Shown here: positions 1-8,313 of the stretch, in pieces
Layout of the letters: each line of letters starts with the position of its first letter
Position numbering within the stretch: position 1 is the first letter of the stretch
Virus record (IMG/VR): IMGVR_UViG_3300048998_000237
Span: 1-47,611 of that record
From: a virus
Lineage: Duplodnaviria > Caudoviricetes
Length of the DNA stretch: 47,611 nt
Strand: one strand, 5' to 3'
Notes under the pieces: model-generated
Told to the model about the DNA's origin: nothing
The model's input: only the letters and a program-made list of their open reading frames with translations
Databases searched by the model: none
Position numbers and translations under genes: made by a program

Positions 1-246
1 CGCGCGCCGTGCCCTCCACCACGCCCTTCTGCTGGCCGCTGACGTTCGCACCGGCGAACAGTGACTGCAGGGTGTCGATCTGCGGCTGCGAGAGCGAGAG
101 GCCCCAGAGGTTGCCGGCTTGGTTTGCCGCCCAGTACTGCCCGGCCTGCTGGTTCAGGTGGTCCTCGATCGTTGAGCGCTGGGTGTACGGGCCCTGGCTG
201 TCGCCGAGCGCCTTCAGGAGCGCGTTCTGGGAAGTGAGGCTGATCT
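1..246. repeat. Terminal direct repeat copy 1 (assembly overlap)
   Basis: Matches 47366-47611; the only mismatch I found is T119 vs C47484. Confidence 0.97.
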
Positions 247-3200
247 GGTTCTGCTTCGCCCGCCGGATCGCGTCGTCGACGCTGGTGATGCCGATCGTGT
301 CGAGCCCCGCCGTGCGGAGGATCCGCTGCTCGACCTCCTCCGGCGCCTGGAACGGTCGGTCGCCAGCGACCCACGACGGGCCGAGCAGCGTGTCCTGGTA
401 GTACGACGGTAGCCGGGGGTCGCCGTTCTGCACCTGGCCGATCGACTCCGGGTTCAGGCCCGACGCTTCCGCGAAGCCGTACTGCAGCTTCGAGGGCATC
501 GACACCAGGCCCGGGCGGTCCGCCGCGGTGCGGAGCACGAGGGAGATCGCCTGCCGCTGCCACGTGTAGAAGTAGAAGATCCGGCGGGCGTACTTGCGCT
601 CGCCCATCGACAGTGTCAGGAACGACGGGTGGAAGTCATGCACGCGGGTCGACGCCTTGTTGAACGCTTCGTCGAGGCTCTTGTACTGGCCCCGCTCGAG
701 TACGGAGATGTAGTGCGCCATGCGGGTGACGTTGTCGCGCGCGGCGCTGAACTTGCCAAGGAGCTCATCCGGCACGCCGAGCCGCTCCTGCACCTTCCGC
801 AGCCGCGTCGGGTGCAGCTGCTCGACGAGTGGGTCGGCGATGTCACGCGCGGTCGAGTGCGACTGCGCCACACCAGAGGCGATCGCCTCCGAGTACAGGT
901 CCTTCAGCGAGACGCTGACCCCCCTGCCGTTGACGTTGACGATCACGTCGCCGGTCAGGTACTTCGGGTTCACTGCACCGCCGACGTTGTCGCCGATTCG
1001 GTCGAGGATCGACCAGTCCGCGTCGAGGAGCGACCCGCCGGTATACATCGACCGCATCGCCCGCACCGTGTTCAGCGGGGAGACGCCGTCCATCAGGTTG
1101 ACGCCGATCTCGCCGAGGATGTTCGTCACGTGGTGCCCGGGGCGCCAGACGGTCGCCGCCGACTTCAGCACGCGGAGCACGGCGTCGTAGACGCCGACGA
1201 CCTGCTTCATCACCGGCGCCTCGAAGCGTGCGCTGGCGTTGAGGAAGTGCTGCACGTAGGAGAGTCGGCGGATCGTGTCCGGGTCGAAGTAGGTGTCCGC
1301 GCTGAAGTGCTTCGCCAGGTCCGCTTCGGGCGCGGCGACGTTGAGCCGCTTCCAGCCCGCCGCCTTCGCCTCCGCCGCGGTCATGCCGAGCGCCTTGTGC
1401 CCGAACGACTGCTCGGCGGCGTGCGCCACGTTCGGCATCACCTGCGCCATCTTCACCGCGTGCGACCACCGGTTCAGGGTGTCGAGCGGGTCGACGGCCG
1501 CGTCGGACCACTGCTTCCAGATCGTCGACTGGTCGCCGAGCGGCTGCCGCGGGTCGGGCAGGCTGTCGGCGCCGTACCGGGACATCTGCTTGTAGAGGTC
1601 GTCGCTGAGTACGCGCGAGCGGCCGAGGCTCGAGCCGAACACGTGGTCGATCTGGTCCTTCAGCTTCGACGCCATCTCCGACGTCGCCTCGCTGAGCCCC
1701 TGGTCCTGCAGCCACCCCTTCAGCTGCGCCGGCCCGATGTCCTCCGGCGCGCGGGCGAGCAGCGAGATCCAGTGCCGCGACTGCGCGACGATCGTGTCGT
1801 AGTCCGCCGCCTTGTTCAGATGCAGCTCCGGCTGCAGGTCCTTGCCCCACCCGCGGACGAGCTTGCGCATCTGGGTGGTGAACTGCATCGCCGAGGTGTT
1901 CGCGAAGTTCTCTCCGCGCATCAGCCCCGCCTTCAGCCGCTGCCCCATGCCGAACGAGCCGGACAGGTTGACGCCCATGACGTCGTTCGCGACGCCGAGG
2001 ATGCCCATCTGCGCGCGCGCCTGCTGCAGCGTCTCGATGTCGGAGAGCAGGTCGGTGTCCTCGCGGTAGCCGTTGACCTCGTCGACGGCGTCAGCGATGA
2101 GCGCTTCATTGTCGGCGGCGTCGGCGGCAGCGTCGTTCGCCGCCTTCTGCAGCTGCTCCGTCTTCGCGGCCGCGGGCTCCCGGCGGACCTTGCCGCCGCG
2201 CTCGCCGGCACGGGCGCGCTCCGCAGCCTCGCGCGCGGCGCGCGCGGCGTCTTCCGGCTCCTGCCCCTTCACGAGCCGCTGCTCGGCGCGGAGCTGGCGG
2301 GTGCCGTCTTCGCCGAGGATGCCTTCGATCAGGCCCTGCGTCAGCCGCTGGTGCGCCAGGTCGGAGACGAGGTTGTCGGTGCCGCTGGTTGCCGCGCGCT
2401 GCGCGTCCGCGTCGGCGCGGGCACGGTTCACGGTGTCGAGGATCTCGCGGCGCATGTCGGGTCCGCCGCGGCTGATGATCTCCGTCAGCCCCGCCATCGC
2501 CGGCACGGTGACGCCGTCGGCAGCGTCGGATGCGGCCCGGACGGCGAGCGCCTCCGTGGCGTCATGGATGGACCGGACGTAGTCGAGGTAGCCCGGCTCG
2601 GCGACGGCGGCGGCGAGGTCGTCGATGGCGCGCTGGCCCTGCTCCGTGCCGACCCAGCTGTTCTTCACCCGGGCGCCAGACTTCCGCGCGTCGAGGCGGG
2701 CCTGCTTGTCGATGAAGATGCGGAAGTCGGCCGCGATCTCGCTGACGTCGCGGCCTTCGCTCAGCTGTGTCACGGCCCGGCGGATGCCGTTGCCGAACGT
2801 CGTCGGGTAGAGGGTGATGCCCTTCGTGACGTTCTCCATCGAGATGTTCTCGGGGAAGAACGCGGCGCGCCGGACGTCGTCGGGCAGCCCGCGGAGCAGC
2901 TGGCCGATGGACGCGTACAGCGGCCCGCCGAACGCGTCGACGCCAGCCTCGTCGGAGATGCGGGGGAAGACACCGAGCGAGCGCGCGTAGTCCTCCACGC
3001 CTTCCATCGCGGCGAGGATGCGGGTGTCGGCGGCGACGGAGCGCTCGCCGGGCAGGGCACGCTTGCGTGCACCGATCGTGCGGCTGAACAGCCGTGCCGT
3101 CTGCCGCCACTGGTCGAGCCACCGGCCGTTGCCGAACGCTTCCGTAGCGCCGGGGACGAGCTCCCCCTGCGGCTTCACCAGGACGCGGCCGAGGGACTGC

Positions 3201-5440
3201 ACGGCGGCGTCGAGCATCTCGCGTGTGGCGCTGCGCCCGTCGGCCCCGAGGATCTCGTCAACGGTGCTCCGCACGGCCGCGTCGTACGCGGTGCTCGCAC
3301 GCTCCTGCGCCGCCGGCAGATCCGCCTCAGCGGCACGGTCGATCGCGTCCGGCATGATGCCGTGCGCGACGGCGACGTCCTCCGGCGTGTCGAGCTGGCG
3401 CTGGATGTCCTCCCACGCGGGCATGGCGCGGTCGGTGAGGATCTTCTGCAGGTCGTTCCGCGTGCGGGCGGTGGTCAGCCCGAGCGCCTTCGCGATGCGA
3501 CGCATGGAGGCGAAGTCGAGCTCGCCGCCGACCGCCGCTTGCAGCGCGTCGTCGACGGTGGCGAACCGCTGGCCGGCCTCCCGCTCGAGCGCGTCCTTCA
3601 GCACCTGCTGGCGCGCCTCCGGGGACCCGGCCTTCTTCACCCGCTCGAACAGCTCCTGGATGTTCAGGCCCTCCGGCAGCTCGAGGTTCCGCTTCGACAG
3701 CGACTCTGCGAGTGAGCTCGGTGAGGTGGTGCGCTCCTGCCGCGACGCTTCGGCGAGGATGCGGGCGAGCTCGTGCTGGTCCTGCCGCAGCGACATGACC
3801 GCGGCAGGGCTGTTGACGCCGGTGGCGGTCTTCGTCGCGATGCGCTCGACGAGCCGCGACACGGTGATCGGCTCGCCGTTGACGGTGATCTTCGTCGGCG
3901 CGCGGAGCACCTTCGCGAGGTCCTTGTCCGTCTTCAGCAGCTTCATCGTCTGCGAGAGCGCGGCGGGGCCCGCCTGCGTCGCCTGCTGCAGCGCCTGCAC
4001 GTGGTCGGCGGTGAGGATCGGCTTCGGCCCGACCGCCTGCGCGGCGTCGTCGAGCACGCCGGCGGGGTCGTCGATGGCGATGCGGCCGAGCGGCCCGTTG
4101 ATCTCCTGCACGGCGCCGCGGACAGCGGCATCCCGCTCCTTCGCGATGGAGCGGAGGTTGTCGGCGGCGATGCTGTTGCCCACCGCCTGCGTCGCGTTCT
4201 CCGGCGTGTCGACGGCGTTCGGCGTCTCGATTTGCTCCGGCACGGCGTCGGCGGCGGCGCGCGCGGCAATCTCCGGCTCGGCGAGCGGGGCCTGCCCGGG
4301 GATCTCGGCCGCGGCCTGCGCCTGCACCGGCACGTCGTCGGCGGTGCCCACCACCCCCCGGGCGGGGATCTCGGCGGCGTCGATCGCCTCGTCGGCGGTG
4401 CTCGCCACCCCCCGGGCAGCGGCGCGGGCGTCGCGACGCGTCTTCCCGCGGAGGATGAAGTTCTCGGCCATCTGGCCGGGGCGCTCGAACTGGTCGACGA
4501 AATCTGCGCCGCCGCCCTTCGCGGCACCGGTGACGGCGCCCTTCAGTCCGCCGGCGAGGCGGGCACCGCGGGCTGCGCCACCGGCAGCCTCCGCAGCGTC
4601 ACCGGCCAGCTTCGCGCCGGCACGCGCGCCGCTGAGCGCCCCCTTCACGGCGCCGCCGGCGCCGAGGGAGAGGAACGTGGTCGGGTCGAAGGCGACGTCC
4701 TCGCCGAAGTTCAGCAGGCCCTTCTTCGTCAGGTCCGCCAGCGCGCCGGTCGCGCCGTTGTCGACGACCTTCTCGCCGCCGTCGTCGCCGAGGATGACGC
4801 TGTTGATGCCGCCGGCGCCGCGCCGGTTCGTCGCGTTGGCGAGCGCAACAGCGTCGTCGCCCTCGCCGCCTTCGGAGAGGTCCGCCTCGCCGTTCATCAC
4901 CTTCGACACCGTGTTCGGTGCGCGGCCTTCGGGGCGCTTGCCGATGCCCTCCTGGAACCCGATGCCGGCGCCCTCGAGCCCAGCACCGACGATGTTGCCG
5001 ACGCCACCGGCGATCGACCCGAGGACGTTGCCCCCGGCAGCCTTCGTCTTCGCAGCGTCGAGCACGGCTTCGGACGCGGCCGGCTGCACGCGGGCCGCGG
5101 CCTCGCCCATCGCGTAGTTGCCGGTGGAGATCAGGTTGATCAGCCACTGGCCGACGTTCTGCGGGGCCTCGTTCTTCTTCGTCGACGCTAGCGACTTCAG
5201 CGCCCCCGTCGCGCCCTTGCTCAGCGAGACGTCGACGGTGCCGTTCTTCGACCGGTACAGCGAGAGCTTGCCGGTGTTCTTCGCTGGGGTCGCGGCCTTC
5301 TTCTGCACCGCCTGTGCGCGCGCCTGGACGTCCTGCTTGCTCGTCGAGGTCTGCGACACGCCCTTCGTTACGCCGGAGGAGGTGACCTTGCCCTTGCTGT
5401 TGACCACCGCGTAGGTGACCCCAGTGCCCTTGCTCGCCAT
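1..5440 (-). CDS. Giant internal virion / DNA-ejection protein, 5' part (1,939 aa in total, continues at 47365-46986)
   Basis: ATG at 5440 (MASKGTGVTYAVV) is in frame with ORF 46986..47387 across the join. It is absent from the ORF track, consistent with running off the end with no stop. It contains DVAFDPTTFLSLG (DPxTY-like motif of ejection proteins) and ERKYARRIFYFYTWQRQAI, and is the last gene of the virion operon. Confidence 0.85.
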   Translation of the reverse strand, partial: MASKGTGVTYAVVNSKGKVTSSGVTKGVSQTSTSKQDVQARAQAVQKKAATPAKNTGKLSLYRSKNGTVDVSLSKGATGALKSLASTKKNEAPQNVGQWLINLISTGNYAMGEAAARVQPAASEAVLDAAKTKAAGGNVLGSIAGGVGNIVGAGLEGAGIGFQEGIGKRPEGRAPNTVSKVMNGEADLSEGGEGDDAVALANATNRRGAGGINSVILGDDGGEKVVDNGATGALADLTKKGLLNFGEDVAFDPTTFLSLGAGGAVKGALSGARAGAKLAGDAAEAAGGAARGARLAGGLKGAVTGAAKGGGADFVDQFERPGQMAENFILRGKTRRDARAAARGVASTADEAIDAAEIPARGVVGTADDVPVQAQAAAEIPGQAPLAEPEIAARAAADAVPEQIETPNAVDTPENATQAVGNSIAADNLRSIAKERDAAVRGAVQEINGPLGRIAIDDPAGVLDDAAQAVGPKPILTADHVQALQQATQAGPAALSQTMKLLKTDKDLAKVLRAPTKITVNGEPITVSRLVERIATKTATGVNSPAAVMSLRQDQHELARILAEASRQERTTSPSSLAESLSKRNLELPEGLNIQELFERVKKAGSPEARQQVLKDALEREAGQRFATVDDALQAAVGGELDFASMRRIAKALGLTTARTRNDLQKILTDRAMPAWEDIQRQLDTPEDVAVAHGIMPDAIDRAAEADLPAAQERASTAYDAAVRSTVDEILGADGRSATREMLDAAVQSLGRVLVKPQGELVPGATEAFGNGRWLDQWRQTARLFSRTIGARKRALPGERSVAADTRILAAMEGVEDYARSLGVFPRISDEAGVDAFGGPLYASIGQLLRGLPDDVRRAAFFPENISMENVTKGITLYPTTFGNGIRRAVTQLSEGRDVSEIAADFRIFIDKQARLDARKSGARVKNSWVGTEQGQRAIDDLAAAVAEPGYLDYVRSIHDATEALAVRAASDAADGVTVPAMAGLTEIISRGGPDMRREILDTVNRARADADAQRAATSGTDNLVSDLAHQRLTQGLIEGILGEDGTRQLRAEQRLVKGQEPEDAARAAREAAERARAGERGGKVRREPAAAKTEQLQKAANDAAADAADNEALIADAVDEVNGYREDTDLLSDIETLQQARAQMGILGVANDVMGVNLSGSFGMGQRLKAGLMRGENFANTSAMQFTTQMRKLVRGWGKDLQPELHLNKAADYDTIVAQSRHWISLLARAPEDIGPAQLKGWLQDQGLSEATSEMASKLKDQIDHVFGSSLGRSRVLSDDLYKQMSRYGADSLPDPRQPLGDQSTIWKQWSDAAVDPLDTLNRWSHAVKMAQVMPNVAHAAEQSFGHKALGMTAAEAKAAGWKRLNVAAPEADLAKHFSADTYFDPDTIRRLSYVQHFLNASARFEAPVMKQVVGVYDAVLRVLKSAATVWRPGHHVTNILGEIGVNLMDGVSPLNTVRAMRSMYTGGSLLDADWSILDRIGDNVGGAVNPKYLTGDVIVNVNGRGVSVSLKDLYSEAIASGVAQSHSTARDIADPLVEQLHPTRLRKVQERLGVPDELLGKFSAARDNVTRMAHYISVLERGQYKSLDEAFNKASTRVHDFHPSFLTLSMGERKYARRIFYFYTWQRQAISLVLRTAADRPGLVSMPSKLQYGFAEASGLNPESIGQVQNGDPRLPSYYQDTLLGPSWVAGDRPFQAPEEVEQRILRTAGLDTIGITSVDDAIRRAKQNQISLTSQNALLKALGDSQGPYTQRSTIEDHLNQQAGQYWAANQAGNLWGLSLSQPQIDTLQSLFAGANVSGQQKGVVEGTAR

Positions 5441-5446
5441 GCGGCA

Positions 5447-5452
5447 AGAGTA
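5447..5452 (-). promoter_or_regulatory. -10 box TACTCT, 6 nt before the ATG (leaderless promoter)
   Basis: Minus strand reads cagTACTCTtgccgcATG with no Shine-Dalgarno. Confidence 0.55.
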
Positions 5453-5461
5453 CTGCCTGCG

Positions 5462-6244
5462 CTACAGCGTGATGCCGTACGTCTGGGCGATTGCTGCAAG
5501 CTGGCGCTTGCGCTCGTCGTTCATCGCGTCGATGACGGACTGGATCCGACCACCGGCGTTGTTCGTCTGGATGCCGTACATCTTCGCGTAGGAGTTGGCG
5601 ATCGTCTGGTCGTAGCCGTTCCGGGTCTTCTGGTTCGCGTTGCTCTGCGCCATCGACGCGCCGCCCGAGTCGGGGGCGATCTGGGCGACGCCGGCGTTCT
5701 TCATGTACGCGAAACGGTCGGCGAGTCGACGCTCCTGCGTGATGTTCGTGTCCGCGATCTTCGCGCTGGCGTCGGCGTCGGCGTCGGCCGTCGCACCGAC
5801 GTACGCGGCCTCCGTGGGGGCGAAGTCCTGCCCGACGGCGTTCGTCGCGGTGTCGTACAGCTTGTTCGTCGGGGTGACGTACTGGTTGACGATGCCCTGC
5901 CGGTACGCTGCCGCCTGCGCCGCCGCAGCCGCCGCGGCGTCGTAGCTGCCCCCGCCGGCACCGGCGTACCCGCGCGCGGAGCCGGAGCCACCGACACGCT
6001 TCGTCGACGCCACGCCGGGCGTGCTGGTGTTGCCGGTGCTCCCGCCAGAGCTCGTCGGCTCCGCCACGATCTTGTCGTAGATGGAGCCGAGCCCCATCCG
6101 CTGTACGGCGTTCGCGGACGAGCCGGTGGAGGGCTTCGTCGTCTTCTTCGCTGCAGCGCGCGCCTGAGCGGCGCGACCCGTGGGGGTCCCGCCGCCCTGC
6201 TTGCCGTTGGCGACCTGCTTCTGGCCGGTTGCGCTGCGTGCCAT
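5462..6244 (-). CDS. Putative internal virion (ejection) protein, 260 aa
   Basis: Gly/Ser/Ala/Lys-rich N-terminus and helical Ala/Gln-rich C-terminus; lies between the nozzle and the giant protein. Confidence 0.65.
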   Translation of the reverse strand: MARSATGQKQVANGKQGGGTPTGRAAQARAAAKKTTKPSTGSSANAVQRMGLGSIYDKIVAEPTSSGGSTGNTSTPGVASTKRVGGSGSARGYAGAGGGSYDAAAAAAAQAAAYRQGIVNQYVTPTNKLYDTATNAVGQDFAPTEAAYVGATADADADASAKIADTNITQERRLADRFAYMKNAGVAQIAPDSGGASMAQSNANQKTRNGYDQTIANSYAKMYGIQTNNAGGRIQSVIDAMNDERKRQLAAIAQTYGITL

Positions 6245-6256
6245 GAGGGGGAGTCC

Positions 6257-6991
6257 TTACTGGATGACGGCGTTGGGCATCGCCGCGAGCGTGTTGTACT
6301 GCTGGGTGAGCTGCGAGAGCGCGTTCTGGCGGTTCGTGCGGTTCGTCGCCAGCTGGGACAGCCGCCCGGCCGCGCGGTTCGCCAGCAGGTTCGTCATCAG
6401 CTGGTTGATGCCGTCCTTCTGCTGGTCGCCCTGCGCGTCGATCTTGTCCTGCGCCTGCATGACGAGCCCGGACCGGCCGAGCCCGCGGGAGGCGAACGAC
6501 TCCGCGTTGTTCTCGCCGGCCTCGTCGAGCGACTGCTGCAGCCACTGGCGGCGCTTGTCCTGGTCGGCGGCCGTTGCGGTGCGCTGCTGGCCGGTGACGC
6601 TGTCGTAGTCGGAGAGCGACCGGGTGCCTTCGTCGTCGACGCCCTTCAGCAGCTGCGACTGCGCGATGTACGTGTCGAGGTTCGGCAGCACGATCGAGGG
6701 CACAGCGGCAGCCGCTGCACTGCCGCCCCCGCCGCCGCCGCTGCCCCCGCCGGACGAGCGCTTGCTCGAGCCACCACCGGACGTGCCGAGGCCCGTCGCA
6801 GTGGCGGCGTCGGCGATGGCGTCGCTGGCGGGACGCATGATCGACTGGGAGGCGTTCGCGACGGCGCGTGCCTGCGCCACCGTCATCCCCGCGGAGCGGT
6901 TCGCCTTGTACTCGAGGGTCTGCTGCGTCTTCCGCACGTTCTTGTTCGCCGCGGCGGACAGGGTGGGGGCGACGTCGTTGGTCACCAGCAT
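6257..6991 (-). CDS. Putative internal virion (ejection) protein, 244 aa
   Basis: ESFASRGLGRSG motif, Gly/Ser linker, Gln-rich coiled coil, and synteny. Confidence 0.7.
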   Translation of the reverse strand: MLVTNDVAPTLSAAANKNVRKTQQTLEYKANRSAGMTVAQARAVANASQSIMRPASDAIADAATATGLGTSGGGSSKRSSGGGSGGGGGGSAAAAAVPSIVLPNLDTYIAQSQLLKGVDDEGTRSLSDYDSVTGQQRTATAADQDKRRQWLQQSLDEAGENNAESFASRGLGRSGLVMQAQDKIDAQGDQQKDGINQLMTNLLANRAAGRLSQLATNRTNRQNALSQLTQQYNTLAAMPNAVIQ

Positions 6992-6995
6992 GAGA

Positions 6996-7298
6996 TCACT
7001 TCTTCCCGTAGAGTTTCTTCACCGCGGCGCGGCGTGATTCGAGCTGCTTGTACGATAGCGCCGGAGCCTTCTGGCTCCGCAGATCGCCGCTCGTCTTCGG
7101 GTCGACGAGCCGGAACCCCTTCGGGTTCGTCGCCGGCTTCGCGTCGCGCTCGAGCTGCTTGAACGAGCGGGCCGGAGCCTTCTGATTCCGCAGGTCGCCC
7201 GAGGTCTTCGGGTCGATGATCCGGAACCCCTTCGGGTTCGTCGCCTTCTTCGCAGCGGCCTTCTGGAACAGCTCCACCGATCGTCGTGCCATGTTCAT
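6996..7298 (-). CDS. Small basic protein with a 37-aa internal duplication and C-terminal RRAAVKKLY (100 aa)
   Basis: ATNPKGFR..DPKTSGDLR.QKAPA.S.KQLE occurs twice with a 111-bp period; ATGA overlap with the upstream gene. Confidence 0.8.
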   Translation of the reverse strand: MNMARRSVELFQKAAAKKATNPKGFRIIDPKTSGDLRNQKAPARSFKQLERDAKPATNPKGFRLVDPKTSGDLRSQKAPALSYKQLESRRAAVKKLYGKK

Positions 7299-7597
7299 GC
7301 TCCTGTGTTCGTGGTGGTCTGGTTCGAGGCGTACCGCTTCTTCACGGCGGCGCGACGTGACTCGGTGCTGTTCGTGGTGGACTCGTCACCGGAGCGAGAG
7401 CGCTTCGTTCGCGCTTTCTGCGCGTTACCCTTCGCTGCGATGAGGGAGCCGATGTAGCCGCCGGGCATGTTCTGACTCTCCGCAGCACGCACCTTCGCGG
7501 TGAGGAACGACACGTCGTTCTTCGCCTTCGCGAGCGTGCCCGGCTTCGCCGAGGTCGACTGCTTGTGGAAGCGGAGCTTCTTCTGCTGTTCAGCCAT
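7295..7597 (-). CDS. Small basic protein ending RRAAVKKRYASNQTTTNTGA (100 aa)
   Basis: ATG at 7597 (MAEQQKKLRF) overlaps the upstream stop (TGATG); this is the 3' part of track ORF 7295..7837. Confidence 0.8.
   Translation of the reverse strand: MAEQQKKLRFHKQSTSAKPGTLAKAKNDVSFLTAKVRAAESQNMPGGYIGSLIAAKGNAQKARTKRSRSGDESTTNSTESRRAAVKKRYASNQTTTNTGA
7306..7345. repeat. 40-bp direct repeat (second copy 7632-7671)
   Basis: tgttcgtggtggtctggttcgaggcgtaccgcttcttcac is identical at both positions. Confidence 0.95.
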
Positions 7598-8040
7598 CAG
7601 GCGCTCGTGTCCCCTCGGTGTCCGACGCGGTTGTTCGTGGTGGTCTGGTTCGAGGCGTACCGCTTCTTCACCGCGGTGCGTCGGGCGCTGCTGATGGCGT
7701 CGAGCTGCTTCTGGCGGCGCTTCTGCGCGTCGGTGGTGTAGCCCTGCGGTGCGGCCGGCGGGAGGCCGTCGGAGATGTCGCGGGTGACCTTGGGGTCGAC
7801 GTAGCGGAGCCCGGCGGACTGCGAGTTGGCCTTCCACTTCGGCATCCCCAGGAAGTTGCGCTGGCCGTAGTTCGTGAACCGGCGCGACTGCGAGCCCGTC
7901 TCGTTGTCGAGGCGTCCACCGTCATGCACGGGGGCCTGGATGCGGTCGCCGCCACCGGCGTTGCCACGTGCCTGCTGCTTCGGCTTGTTGGCGAACTTCC
8001 CACCACCGCTGTAGGAAGTCTTCATCTTCAGCTTTGCCAT
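7597..8040 (-). CDS. Small basic protein with RRTAVKKRYASNQTTTN (147 aa)
   Basis: GGAG RBS and tight packing; shares an exact 40-bp block with the downstream gene. Confidence 0.8.
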   Translation of the reverse strand: MAKLKMKTSYSGGGKFANKPKQQARGNAGGGDRIQAPVHDGGRLDNETGSQSRRFTNYGQRNFLGMPKWKANSQSAGLRYVDPKVTRDISDGLPPAAPQGYTTDAQKRRQKQLDAISSARRTAVKKRYASNQTTTNNRVGHRGDTSA

Positions 8041-8043
8041 TGG

Positions 8044-8313
8044 TCATGCTCCCGGAGTTGTCGTGGTGCCAGGGTAGGCCCTGCCGTACCGGCGGGCCAC
8101 CGCGGCGCGCAGCGCTGCCTGCTGCAGCGTCGACTGGCCCTTCGGCTTCGCCGTCTTCTTGCCGGCGTCGCGTTCGGCGTAGCCACGCATTCCCGCAGCA
8201 CCGATCTTTCCACTCGTCGCCGTCGAGCTCCGGGAGGCGCCGTACTGCTTCTGGCCGGTGGCGTACGGATTCCAGCGATGCGTGCCGCTGACGGGGTCGA
8301 TCTCGCCGGTCAT
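8044..8313 (-). CDS. Small basic virion-operon protein (NPYATGQKQYG...GYAERD...LRAAVARRY), 89 aa
   Basis: ATG at 8313 overlaps the nozzle stop (ATGA) with an AGGAGAAGG RBS; this is the 3' part of track ORF 8044..9132. Confidence 0.8.
   Translation of the reverse strand: MTGEIDPVSGTHRWNPYATGQKQYGASRSSTATSGKIGAAGMRGYAERDAGKKTAKPKGQSTLQQAALRAAVARRYGRAYPGTTTTPGA

Noticed and set aside
629-3715. 1028-aa + strand ORF (also 3018..5117 and 3773..5191)
   Set aside because: Antisense shadows of the giant minus-strand gene. The Arg/Val/Leu-rich translation is typical of high-GC antisense frames and shows no motifs.
1-5440. Giant gene as a tape-measure protein or virion RNA polymerase
   Set aside because: No tail tube, chaperone or baseplate genes accompany it, and I saw no polymerase catalytic motif in the parts I translated; synteny fits a podovirus ejection protein.
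7306-7671. 40-bp repeat pair as a DGR template/variable repeat or att sites
   Set aside because: The copies are identical and coding, with no adenine-specific variation; no reverse transcriptase or integrase was found in the genome.
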